Assembly: GCA_050575255.1 (NCBI GenBank)
Contig: JBNZDD010013718.1
Coordinates: forward strand, 5,435,605-5,499,604
Length of the DNA: 64,000 nucleotides
Direction of reading: 5' to 3'
From: Harriotta raleighana
Taxonomy: Eukaryota
Shown piece by piece: positions 10,601 to 23,592 of the stretch. Below the pieces are notes generated by a model, which was given only the letters and a program-made list of their open reading frames with translations, searched no databases and had not been told where the DNA came from. The stretch's first letter is position 1. Each line of letters opens with the position of its first letter. Position numbers and translations under genes: made by a program.

Positions 10601-12212
10601 AATCTACAGATATTTGTTGGGGGTGGGGGGTCTTGACGTGTGGAAACCCATCACATTGCTTAAGAGAATCCAAACCAAGTTGAGAATTCCCTGCATCTTT
10701 TATACAGGGAGATTTGGGTCATTTGATTTATGCACTTCCATTTAGAAATTGTGAAATAGGGATTGATTCAAAAAAACAAAATTATTCACTACCACAAAGT
10801 TGTACCCAAGTTACAGTAATGGTTCTAGGGCTGTATCAAATGCAAGGATCATCACTAATGTACATTTTTAGGGATTTTTGATATTCCCTTATCATCTGTT
10901 CTCTTAAAACATAGTGGAACGAACAGCAACTGTTCCCACTATTAGCTTTGGATGGCTGTTTACCTTAGAACCAGCTGCAAGAATAAGTCTTTAAGGTCAA
11001 AAGTTAAATCAACATTGGGGAACTTCGCCCGGGATTTATGTACAGATTATAAAGATGCCCTTGTTTGCTCAAAGTTAGGTGAACACCATTGTATGATTGT
11101 GAAGAACTGAATTTTTAAAAAAAATCTAAAACCATTTCACCCTGTAGATGATTTTCCTTCAGGCTGCTTTCACAATAATAAGACTACAGAAAAATAATAT
11201 TTCTGCAGATTCTAACATCGTGGATGAGTTCCAGAGAAACAACACTGGAATCTTAAATAAAATAGTGTCCCTAAACACTGCCCTTTGTTTTCATTCACTT
11301 TGAGAGGAGGAGAGAAAAGGAATTTTAGATTGTCCAGAGATTCTGGAGAAAACTGGGGATCTCAAATCCAAAGGGAATTCCAAACCATCAGTTGAAGCTT
11401 TGAAAGCCCCCACAAAGCAAAAGCATTCAGCTTTTTTTTATTTACTTAGTAAATAAGTTTTTAAACATCATCACCACAGAACATAAAGTTATTGCTATAC
11501 AACTTCATATCAAATTGTTTGTTCCACGATGGTGCAATGCTCCAATCCCTGATTCATTCTTTATATAAGATTCTGCTTTTCACAAATTTCTATTTTAAGA
11601 GCGTTGATGTCCAAACGATAAAGACATTGATTTTGTAATCAAGGGATGCTACCAGTATCTAACGGATAGTTGAATAAATATTGTAGTTCAGACACTCATC
11701 TGACAGTTTCTAAATAATTCAACAATAATCAAGTCAATCAAATGTTGTGGTTAATCAACATTTGTATTTTTTTATATATTATAAGAATCAAATAACTATT
11801 CCTTGCTATAGTATTGGTTTACAGATTATATACAGTACAACCTTATTTGTCCACACCAGATGTTCTGTTCTCCAGTTACATTGTAATGAATGAAATTACA
11901 GAGAGGATGACGTGAACAGATGTAATACCTGTTTCAAATGGAAAGACAGGGAACTTGACCTCTATAGTAGAGCTTTTCATATGTTGCAGTAGATTGATTT
12001 ATGTGAAAAGCCCTCTGGCAAGAAGCATATTTTTCTGAAATTTTAAAGGATTTTAACTGAATTTGGCACAGTAGGAATTTATTCTTTCCCTTTGGCTGCT
12101 AAATTTATTCCAATGTTATCTTTAAAAAATATCTGCTGGTTTATCCATTGATAACATTATCTTTACAAACAGGCACTTGTTGCTTGTTCTCAGCACTGTA
12201 CAATGACAGAGG

Positions 12213-12432
12213 AACAATAACAACTTGCATTTATATAGTGCACTCCATGCTTGGCGGTATCTCTTAATAATAAGCTTAATAATGGCGGAGCCCAAGGGAG
12301 GGTGAAGGTGACCGAAGAGGAAGTTCTTCAGGCATGACCTGAAGATAGGGTAGGAGGGCCGAGGCAAAGAGGTTGAGGGAGGGAGTTCTATGGAGCGTAG
12401 TGGCTGGAGGCAGGGCCACTGATGGAAGAGTT
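12213..12432 (-). mobile_element. L2 LINE 3' fragment, inverted
   Basis: (AAC)n-ttgcatttatatag tail followed by purine-rich reverse complement of the ORF2 end (translates ...FRSCLKNFLF). Confidence 0.65.
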
Positions 12433-12451
12433 GTACATACATACATACAAA

Positions 12452-12765
12452 GAGTCCTGTAGCTCAGTGATTAGAGCACTTGCCTTACAGCATAAGATCT
12501 GTGTTCGAATCCAGCCAGGTCGAAACTTTGGGCAAGTTTCCTTGCTCCAAACGCCTAATAATAATCCCTTTTTTTAAAAAAAAAGCTCTCAATTATAAAA
12601 TTGGTCATTTCAATCCATGACTGTTTGTGGGACACTGCAGTGCGCAATTGGCTGCCGCATTTCGCCCACAAATATACAGTCAATTTACATTACAGTACAT
12701 TCTGTGAAGCACTTTGAGATGTCTAGAAGATGTGAAAAGCGCTATATCAAATGCAAGGATTATTA
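12452..12765 (+). mobile_element. Full-length tRNA-derived SINE
   Basis: gagtcctgtagctcagtg head, GTTCGAATCC B box, same body and tail as 6122-6459. Confidence 0.9.
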
Positions 12766-12984
12766 CATCCTGCACTACTCACCACCCTCCCACTGACTGA
12801 TGAATTTCGGATGGGACATCAAGTTTGATTCAAGTGGCAGAGTTGANCTGCACTACTCACCACCCTCCCACTGACTCTGATGAATTTCGGATGGGACATC
12901 AAGTTTGATTCAAGTGGCAGAGTTGAGATAATAACCTTTACCACCAAATGTGCACCAATTTTACCTTTCTTTATGTTAGGATTT

Positions 12985-14020
12985 TGTAACCCCTAGGTTC
13001 GAATGGTAAGGACTCGACAAAACTAATATGGCGTAATAAAGTTTTATTGATTACAAAGATAATGTGTATAGCATAGAGATTATCAGTTTATTTAGTACAA
13101 GAACAAGTCCTATTAAAATAGACAATATAACATTAATATAAAACATAAGATTAATCCCACTCTAACACTAGCATAGAAAAGTATTACCTGGTTTACATAC
13201 CACAGGGAAGCAGAGATTCTGTCCAGGTTGGTCAGAGCGAAGCGCCTGTTCATCTGATCAGCCTGTCCCTGTGGTTCTTGAAGTGCTTCTCGAAGTATAC
13301 TTATCCAAGTACGTTACCTATATTTATATGAATGGGCATCCTTCTGTTTATTCTGGCGGTTGTTGTAAAAGCTTGTAGCTTTAGTTTTATCTGCTTTTGC
13401 AGTTACTTATCATTTGTGAGGATATTGCGAAAAGCACATGTCTCATCTTGAGAATAGAACCTGTTAAACCAATATGAGTTTTTTTATTTGTGATTTTAGA
13501 TTTGGTGTCATTGATCCTTTTATCAAATCTTTCAGCCTGCAATATTATATTCCTCTTTTCTCCTAACTGTGTTTGTTAATCTTATACCCATAGATCTGAT
13601 GACTTAATCTATCTGGTTTTAACTCCAGATACTCAATCTTTACTCAATCTATCTGGTCTGATTTTAACCCTTCATCTCCCAATATTTATAGGTCCAGTGG
13701 CAATTAAGAAACAGTAATTTAGTTAATGAAAGATCCTTACTAAAGCACATTAACGCCTACTCATAATTTCCATTAGCCCGCTGGTCTCACACTTGTTGTC
13801 CTGCTTTCTAAATGATTGTTTTCTAGCTAAGTAAAGCTTTGCAGCTCATTATTTTGTAACCTTAGCTCTCCCTAATTTACATGTCCTAGTGCCTAAAAAG
13901 TGTGCTTTATCTGTGAGTCAAGGAGTTCTTTTGCATCTGTTGCCAGTAGCATATTCCTGAGTAGCATAGCATGTGTGGACACTATCAGTCATGTAGTTCA
14001 ATGTCTGTAACCTTCTTACA
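12985..14020 (-). mobile_element. Putative solo LTR (~1.04 kb)
   Basis: Termini TGTAA...TTACA, imperfect 4-bp flanks attt / atat, minus-strand TATA (TATAAATA ~13321-13328) and minus-strand AATAAA (~13043-13048) in U3-R-U5 order. Confidence 0.55.
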
Positions 14021-15562
14021 ATATACTGAATTTGGAGGCCTCAATTACAGCTGCCAATGTTGTTGATGGTCATGACCATGACCTGTGAGGAGTTCATTGG
14101 AAAATTGACTTTGAACATTTAAGATTCATTCATTTTTCCTTGTTGGATGTGATTGAATTCCTGTCATGCTCACGTGGTTGAGCAAGTGTTGCAAAAGCAT
14201 TAAATACTCATTACTATCATTCTTTGATCATTTTTCTCATACAAACATTTATAAAAAGCAGATAACTTCACGATATATATCGAATATATAAAATAAATAG
14301 TTTGTTTTATTTTCACAAGAGAAATATTGGGGCTTTTAAATGTTCACTTGTTTTCAAGTCAGAACATGATTTGTGGAAAAAAATGGAATAGTAACATAAT
14401 CCTCTTAAAACTCTGACATTCTTGTGTCTGAAATGACAACTAGGAGCAGGTGCAGGCAACCTGAAACCATGACATAATGATGCATGTTGTCAGGGAAAGT
14501 CTGTTCTGAGGAACCTTCCGCCCTCCATAAACACACACACAGTGGGAATAATACTTACAATATATAAATAACCAGGATGTTATGCTTATTTTTCTTCAAT
14601 TGGAGTGAAAAGTGTAACATTACATATGAAAAGTGCACCTTTTCTACTTATTTCTAAATTCATAGAAATCACAATCTCTCTCAAAACAAATTGTGGTTGC
14701 TCCAAGATACATAGAAAATTTGATACTCGGGGGACTTAATGCTAATTAGATTTATCCTTGAATGGTTGTTGCCCAGAATATATTTATTTGGTGGTTTTGA
14801 ATGAATAGGCATGAGGCTGCAATGACATATTTAGAAATGGCAGAAAGTAAATTAAACAAGCTTCAGGTCTGTCAAAATATGTAAGAGTCATGGTGAGAGT
14901 GTAGCCTTTTCAGTGGGAATTATTTGTCGAATTAACAATGAGCCTTTAAGAAACATGAGGTTGCACTTCCTCAAACCATCATTGAACACTGCAAGGATTG
15001 TATGTGTACATGAGACATAAACAGGGTACCTTTGGAACTATTTGATCATATGCGTGGATGTCAAATACAATTTCCCATTAAAATGTTAATTATGTTGCTA
15101 TGGTTACAGCCACAAGGGAGCAGAAAGAAATCTAATTATATATGTAACTGAAAACTAACAGCCGGGAAACTCCAGAGTAAAGATGAATTCAAGAGAGAAT
15201 GCTTATCTTAGAACATTGAAGTTCTATACTGGTCAAGTCCATAAACATAGCATATTTTCCAAAAAAAATCCAGTTTACTAATATAAAGTAGGTAGAGGAG
15301 AGTAATGGAGAAGGAAATGGAAATAAGATGGTTTCATTTTTTGAACAATGTACAAAAACAATTCAAATTTAATCTGATCTTTAATCTGAGATCAATCATT
15401 TAAGAAGAGGAGGAAGGGCAGTTTTCTCATAATCCTAGTGACATTCGTGTATATATCTACATATCACATCATTAACCCAAAGACATTTGGAGCTCCTATA
15501 GATTAAGCAGATACGTGAAGGGAATTAATGATGTAAAAACAAATTATGGAACAAGAAATGCT

Positions 15563-15668
15563 CATAATAATAATCCTTGCATTTTAATATAGCACTTTTC
15601 AAGTCTTCTAGACATCTGAAAGCGTTTCACAGAATATACTGTAAAGTGTATATATGTGGGCGAAACAT
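15563..15668 (-). mobile_element. SINE 3' fragment, inverted
   Basis: Reverse complement of the SINE tail with (AAT)n. Confidence 0.8.
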
Positions 15669-16729
15669 GGAGAAAAGGAGGAAATAAAAAATATTGGAAT
15701 AGAAAAATATTAGAACACAAATGTTTAATTAGATGTCTCGCCTCTGAGAGCAACTGCACATTTTAATATCTGACACAAGAAATTCTATTGCACACATGTT
15801 GCCTAACGAATGCTAAAACAGCAGACTAGCACACTGCAATTGCCACCAGGCAAAGGTTCATTAAGAGACTAACATGTTTGAAAAACAATTTGTACTAAGT
15901 GATTGAATAAGAGAAGAATAGTTCATGAAATCTAATAAATTTGCCAATAATATTAGCATCGAGTAAAGCATTGGCTGGATGGAAAGAAAATGACTTTTGA
16001 AACTAGTGATTGCAAGATATCGTAACATGTTCACACTGCATCAGCATCTGAAATCACTGTGCTGATTGTGTCAGGCTTGATTCAGTTGTGGCATATTGAT
16101 TAGTAAAAGTGTTACAGTACAAGGCTGAATGTTTGTTCAGACTAAACTCAAGCCACAAGCATCCGTGCACACAGTAAATGACACCAAAATAATTGAAAAG
16201 ATACTCGGCTAGAAGAACAATATAATCTATAATGAATGCAATGATATGCATGTCCACACACCTTTACACTTGGATCAGTTATTCCCAATGGACCACGAGA
16301 TAAACATTTCTTTGAATAATTTTACTTCACATAGCAGGGACTCGGTGAAATTGCACTTGTGATGTGGTTGTGTTGAATTTTATTGGGTTGTCTGGCCAAA
16401 ACAGATTAATCTAATCCAAGAGTATCAGAGCAGTCAAACTGCTCCAAATAAATTTATCATGCAAAAAAAATTGGTCTGAAAATTTCTGTGTCCTGCGATT
16501 TTTATAAGACAATTTTTATAATCCTGTTCTCATTCACATAATAGAACTTGATGCTTTTCTGAGGTATTATGCAGGATTGTGACATTCAGATAGCATATTA
16601 TTGACTAACCTAGTTTTGCTGAAAATGCTAGTGTTGGACATATTGATTATCTCTCAGCTGGGGCTTATTTTAATAGATATGCATTGAGTTCACTAGATGT
16701 TTTTAGATGGCACAAATCTCTGCACTCAC

Positions 16730-16990
16730 ATTAGTCCAATTCTCACCAAGGCTCCACATATTGTCTGTAGTTCGATTTTAAGATCCTCACTCTCATCTAT
16801 AAATCCTTTGGGTTTAGCACCTTCCTAACTCTGATATTCTCCCCCAGGTTAATTTGGGTTTGTTACCTCCTATCAGTGGTTGAGCCTTCAGAGTCTATGC
16901 TGCTAATCACTCAAAAATCCCCTCCACCACCCATCCATCTCAGCCACTCTATCTGTCATTAAATCCCACCTTAAAACCTACCTATGGAAC
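16730..16990 (+). mobile_element. Old L2 LINE fragment
   Basis: Degenerate ORF2 end (tttaagatcctcactctcatctataaatcc = FKILTLIYKS; cttaaaacctaccta). Apparently resumes after the adjacent SINE. Confidence 0.55.
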
Positions 16991-17000
16991 TACCTACCTA

Positions 17001-17374
17001 CTGTAGCTCAGTGGTTAGAGCACTCATCTTGCAAGCGAGATGACATGGGTTTGACTCCTGGCAGGGTGAAATGTTTGGCAACTTTTCTTACTCCACATGC
17101 TTCTGTTTAGCTAATAGTAAGTAGGAACCCAGTTGTTAGTGAAATGGCAGATTGCTTTTCCGGGAATAAAAATCCTTCAAGAAAAAAAATCCCAATAATA
17201 AATTAGTCACTTCAATTCACGACCGTTTGTGGGACTATGAACTATGAACAATTGGCTGCCAAGTTTCGCCTATGAATATACAGCCAATTTGCTTCACAGT
17301 ATATTCTGTGAAGCGCTTTGAAACATCTGGAAGACGTGAAAAACGGTATATCAAATGCAAGGATTATTATTATT
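17001..17374 (+). mobile_element. tRNA-derived SINE, long variant, inserted in L2 fragment
   Basis: ctgtagctcagtggttagagc head, same extra internal segment as 5289-5663, (ATT)n tail. Confidence 0.88.
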
Positions 17375-18542
17375 ACCTATTTTACTGGTCATCGTCCTCT
17401 AACCCTCTCACTGCACGACGTCTGCTCCAGTCTTTGAAAGCTCTCTGAGACATTAATCTACACAAAGTGCACCTTATCAAAGTAAATTTTACATTTTATC
17501 AATATAAAAGATGAGCCCAGTAATTCAGCTCTGTGGCTTATCACCCAGGCCAGTAGAAATGTGTGTACATTTGCCAATTTTTTAAAATCTTATATAAAAA
17601 AAATTCTATTATGATTAAGATTTTCTTTAAACCATGAATTCTGTTCATTCATATGCATTGAGCTTTATTAATGCCAGGTGCAATATTACAGAAGTTAACA
17701 CATATATACAATGCAGATGTGAGTTCTTGTTAAAATTGAATAAACTAGCACAAAGCATTCATTAAGAAGTTGTGTGGTTAGTTAAAAAAGGAAGTTTGTT
17801 CAATGTGCCTTGACATTCACTTTAAATTCAATATGTGTTGTTTTCCATTCAAATACTCTTTGCTGAATGTGCACAATTTTTGTTGTTGATCTCAGCCAGT
17901 GGTGAGAAGAGTATTAGAAGAGTATTAGTAAAATAATTCAAATAAAAAAAGTCTTGATCTTTCATATTATCTTTTAAATATTCCCTACTCCCAGAGCACA
18001 GGTGGAATCCCATGCTCCCCAACCCCACAACCATAATCTTTGTAAAAAAAAATAATAATAATGATTTTGTATAACATCTCTTGTGCTGTTCAAATACACC
18101 TTTCCTTCAANTATGCTCCCCAACCCCACAACCATAATCTTTGTAAAAAAAATAATAATAATTATGATTTTGTATAACATCTCTTGTGCTGTTCAAATAC
18201 ACCTTTCCTTCAAGTGATCTTTTAAAACCTTGTAAATAATCAGTAAAAGCACATACTGCAAGCAACAGACTGTTACAGTTAGTCAGTGATGAATTGTGCC
18301 AAATGAAATTTGGCATTGCATTATTTCAAAGCAAGGCCCTCTTTGTTAAATACAAGAACCTGCCAAAGTCTTTCATGATGTGCTGGGTCAGGGTGATTGA
18401 ATTCTCATTCAATTGCAGTAGGAACGCCTACTGAAGAATTAATTTGAACAAAACTGAAAATGTTTTTCCCCTCATCACACTCTCATTCAGCTCCCACCCC
18501 CTCAGACATCCACAGCAATGTTTCAAAAAAACATTCAATTAT

Positions 18543-18745
18543 AAACAAAAGCAGAAGCCCCTGGGAACACTCAGTGGGGCAGGCAGCATCTAAAGAGAAA
18601 GGAAAGTGAGTCAATGCTTCCTCAGAAGGGCCATGGACCCAAAATGTTGACTCACTTTCCTTTCTCCATAGATGCTGCCTGACCTGCTGAGTGTTCAAGT
18701 GACTTCTGTTTTTGTTTCAGATCTCCAACATCTCTAGTATTTTGT
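18543..18745. mobile_element. Palindromic repeat resembling Penelope-like element termini of cartilaginous fish
   Basis: ~70-bp inverted arms (18543-18614 and 18647-18717; acactcag..ggcagcatcta..gagaaaggaaagtgagtcaa and its complement) around a 32-nt loop. Confidence 0.65.
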
Positions 18746-20864
18746 TCATACTCAATTATAAAGTTCTCTCTTGTCTAATTCTCTTGAGCTTTGCGTTCAA
18801 CTGTAACATGTAAGTGCTGATAGTTAATTTTTTGGAGACTGGTTGATGAAAGTATTAAAAACTTTGGTAGAGGAACTGCTGCGTGTCCTTCAGACATGAA
18901 CATTGGAATACTTAAGCGATAACGCTAAAGTCAGCTATAATTTTTTTTCAAACTGGGTTTGCCTATTATCATTGCACATTCAGGCCCTTTGGCTGTAATT
19001 ATCAAAAGCCGTACACATTCATAACTCATCTCAGATGTACAGGAGTCATGAAGCCGAGGACATTCTCCAGAGCAAGATCAATACTGTGCATCATAAACAT
19101 TTCTTGCAGATAGGAAACTAAAGCTGAATACACTGGACAATGAAATAAGGCTGGGAAAAATTAATTCCAAGTCAGAAGAAAAAGCAATTTGTAGCTTGGC
19201 AGCAGTTAACTAATGTCACTTCGCTTATGATGAATTCCGAAACACAGAGAATTTGCTGAATTTTCCTTTCGAATCATGGGGGAATTTTTTTTTCCAGCAA
19301 TATCTACCGGAGTGGAAAGACTGTACCGTAGCCTCTAATTGCATCTATCCATCACATATTTCCTACCATCTCCCTGCTTCCCTCACTACATTTTTGGTCT
19401 CGGTGCCACTGGCTTTAGGGAGATTTACAACAACAACAACAACAACAAGAGCAACATGGCATAGCTGAATCCTCTGTGTCTACATTGTGACCTTTGTCAC
19501 AGTGATAGACACTTTGCCTTCCTCCTAATGTTATGTTTCAGGAATATATCTTGCAGGACACCACGACAGAATTAATGTAAAGTTTAGGGACTGCATTATG
19601 GGAATGAACATTGCAGCCATTTACTCACAGCAGTGTCCCGCAACCAAACATTTTATCTGAGGGGGGATTCATCCAGTACATCAGGATAAATTTCCTCATT
19701 TCTATTCAAGATCATTCTATTTTCAAATTGCTAATTACTAAAATAATTTCAATAAATAACATATGCATTATTATACTGTAAGATTTTTTAAAAAAAATTC
19801 CTAAGTATTTCAAGTGAATGATTTGGGATTCCAGGTAAGCACCTTATCTTTTAAACCATGTGGCAGGAATCCAAATGAAGCTGACTTTTCTTTCGGTGCT
19901 GTGAAAAACCATAAACAGTACTTGAAAATGATTATAGATTTGTGATTCTGATGATTGGGTACCTTGTTACAAATTATTTTAGGCTTGATATAAATTGTAC
20001 TTGCAATTTATTTGGTGTAACATCTACCTGGTTAGGAAGGGAATCGAGATGAATTATAGTTGTTTCAAAGTGCATATTACTAGGTCAAGCATCAAGAGCA
20101 TCGGAGCATACTGAAAAACTAATCGTAGCAGAAATCAGATTTGGTTTTGCTGGGGTCTGGGACACATTATTTCCAATAGCTATACAGCCACAATCTGAAA
20201 TACATTTTTTAAAATTGAACTGAAATCCAGACTAATAGTGAAATGTTTAACCCGCAAAGGGTTTTCAGCATCACCGCATGAGAAAACATGCTTGCAGGTA
20301 TGGCTTGATATCATCAAACTTGAAATGCGTTTGAACCAAATAGTTGAGTCTGGTTAATGCACAGCTTGATGGTTAGTAGTGGATTGCAGATTGCTGAAAT
20401 CCTGACATATTGTCGGCCTTGTGTTGGTACTGGTCTGGTGGCTGAGATAATTGTTATGAGAGTCAATCATATTCTGCTGGTGACTAACCAAAGCTACAAC
20501 CCTAACATTCCACTAAATTGTGCTGTAACTTTGTATGATTCCTTAAGAATTATTTTGGTGAGTGGAAGTTTGGAGCTCTGACAATGGTGTGAAGCACAAA
20601 CCCATTCACAGTGAAGAAATTATGAAGAAATGGCAATAAATACACCACAATATAGATCCCTCCCTTTATCAGGCGATATAATGGATCTTGTTGTTTCTAT
20701 GCCAAGTTATGATGGTGCATTGTATCGAGTTGGGAGTGAGGGGTGGTGGGAAAGGAGAGAGCTGCCTGCACACTTTTTGGTGATTGGTCCAAGAAGCAAA
20801 TGGAGGATTCAGCAATTTTCTCATCGATTCTCCTCTCTGGGAAAGGGATAATTCTGAGAAATAA

Positions 20865-21155
<291 letters not shown>

Positions 21156-21353
21156 ACAAAATGGAAAGATTCCAATCTATGCACTTGAAAGGATGGTCAG
21201 ATTACCTTCAAGATAGGACTTGATAATAAGTGCTGAACATAATACAGCAACATTGATCACTGAGAAAATGCATGTGAATAAGTGCCTCAGCAAAAAAAAA
21301 GTCATGTTTATTTTAAACATCTATTTTCTTTATAGGACACATACTCCTGGATC

Positions 21354-21359
21354 AATAAA
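21354..21359 (+). terminator. Candidate proximal poly(A) signal for CTXND1
   Basis: AATAAA ~200 nt after the stop. A longer 3'UTR cannot be excluded. Confidence 0.3.
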
Positions 21360-21908
21360 ACTGTATATCTTGTACATTACTAAGATTATGCAGCCTGAGA
21401 AGTAGGTTGGACAAAAAAGTTATTTTATCTTTGAACATCCAGTAAATGGTATTAACCATCATAAAGATCACACGCAGGCTGCCTTGTTCTAAAATCGCTT
21501 CTATAGGCATTACAATGGCAATGACATTATTTTGGAAAGAGCATACTTGCATTCACATGTATTATACTGACCAAAGCAAGCGATTGGAATCAGCATTTAC
21601 AGACAGACAAAGGCAGCAAGTTGCTATTATCTGATGACTTTCAATCGATGGACATGGGTTTATATTGTTGATGCACCTTGCTAATCATCACCTTACAATC
21701 ACCCTTTATGGCCTCAATGATTTTTTCAAACTTGATATGTTGATTTTCACTCACATCATTATCTTAACAATTTGATGATCTGATGTCACCTGTGAGTTTT
21801 GGCTCATTGGAAACAATCATCCCCTATGGAATTGATTATTAACTCCTGGATCAAACAATAAATTTGGTGGCCATGACTGATAATAATTCTGTGTGGTCAC
21901 TTTATTTG

Positions 21909-22293
21909 GAGGCCTGTAGCTCAGTGGTGAGAGCACTCACCTTACAACAACAACAAAATTACATTTGTAGAGTGCTTTTCACGTTGGGAGGATGTCCCAA
22001 ATGAGAGACTTGGGTTCAATTCCAGGCAGGATGAAACCGTAGGCAAGTTTGCTTATTCCACATGCCTAATAATAATCCCTCAAAAAAATAATAAATTGCT
22101 TGTTGGAATCCACAACTGTTTGTGGGACACTGTTGTGCACAATTGGCTCCTGCATTTTGTCCACATATATATATATATATACACACACACTACTGTATAT
22201 ATAAACAGTCAATTCACTTTACAGAATTTTCTGTGAAGTGCTTTGGGACACCTAGAAGACATGAAAACGCTATATCAAATGCAAGGATTATTA
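21909..22293 (+). mobile_element. tRNA-derived SINE with a nested inverted L2 tail (~21945-22000) and an internal (AT)n(AC)n run
   Basis: Head, body and tail match other copies; head interrupted after cttacaa. Confidence 0.85.
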
Positions 22294-22920
22294 TAAATGG
22301 ACTCTAATTTTCAAGTTGTGTTATCTATTGCCAAGTGGATATGCACAGGGATTATTACAATTGCCTTTTAATGATTTGATTAACCAATGGAAAGAATTAT
22401 GGAATCACCTGTGATTGATTTCATTGATTAATTGCATAATACAATACATTAACACAATACATTAATTAGAATTTAATGAACAATATGTTATGAATCTTAA
22501 GAGTTAGATGTATAAGTCTGTCTCCTTTCTCACGGGACCATTACTACCTTGAAATTAAAGAAATTTCAATTGAAAGCTAAAGGCTATATACATTGTGTCA
22601 TATAATAGAAAGTCTTATTCAAAAAAAGGCTGATTTCCTCAGAAAACCCAACTCTCTCTCTTCCGAATTCTAGGTTTAATCTTGCTTTCCCACTTTCATT
22701 CACGGATGAAACCAAATATATTTTTATATTTATTAGTAAGGAATAAAGTATGATCAAAAAGGAAGGTCTTTAGGTGAGGTTTGGAAATTGGGAGGCGATG
22801 GGCAAGGGAGTGATTGGATTGGGGAAGAGAGTTCCAGAGTTTTGGGTATAGTGATTGTCAGTGGATCAGCCTTTCTTATGCGCCTCAACCATTGTGGAAT
22901 TGGATGTGAAGGAAGAAGGA

Positions 22921-23306
22921 ACGGCCTTGCCCCTGCCTATCTCTCTGATCTGCTGTCTCCCTATCAGCCCGCCCGCACCCTCCGCTCAGCATACTCAGGT
23001 CTGCTCCGCATCCTCTGCCCACCCGCCCAACTATCAGTGGCTGGGCTTTCAGCCTCTCTGCCCCCACACTTTGGAACTCCATCCCGCAGTCCCTCCGCCT
23101 TGTTTCCTCCCTCTCCTCCTTCAAGACCGGTCTCAAGACTTTCCTCTTCGACCACACCTTCGGCTCTCCCCGACTCTTCCCCCTCTCCTTCCTCCTCCCC
23201 CTACCCCCGACCCTCTCCCCGCTCGAGTCCCGACCTGACTGTTCAATGCTTTGGGACTTCCTCCCGATGTGAAAGATGCTATACAAGTGAAATTTTATTG
23301 TTGTTG
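22921..23306 (+). mobile_element. L2 LINE 3' fragment, relatively young
   Basis: Translates NGLAPAYLSDLLSPYQPARTLRS (typical L2 ORF2 end); 3' stem and (TTG)n tail. Confidence 0.88.
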
Positions 23307-23319
23307 GGGCTAGGAAACT

Positions 23320-23592
23320 GGATTTAAAATAGTTGTTGAAAGAAACAGGGGAGGGGAGGAGAAAGTTTTTCAATTTGTTAAGATCTGGAATGCATTGCCT
23401 GAATGGGTGGTGGAAGCCGATTTGATAATAACTTTTAAGAGAAAAGTGGGTAGTTTTTGGGGGGAGGCCAGGTTTGCAGGGCTATAAGGAGAGAGCGGGG
23501 GAATGGGATTGATTTGGACAGCTCTTTTCAATGAATCAGCACAGACACGTTCAGCTGAATGGCCTCCATCTGTGTTGTATAGTTCCATGATT
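23320..23592 (+). mobile_element. CR1 LINE 3' fragment
   Basis: tggaatgcattgcct (WNALP) ... tttaagaga, and 3'UTR gctgaatggcctccatctgtgttgta...ccatgatt. Confidence 0.8.

Noticed and set aside
18012-18213. Apparent ~100-bp tandem repeat
   Set aside because: Copies are separated by a single N, so this is most likely an assembly overlap.
22788-23373. Four overlapping ORFs up to 179 aa
   Set aside because: All derive from a frameshifted L2 3' fragment and its complement.
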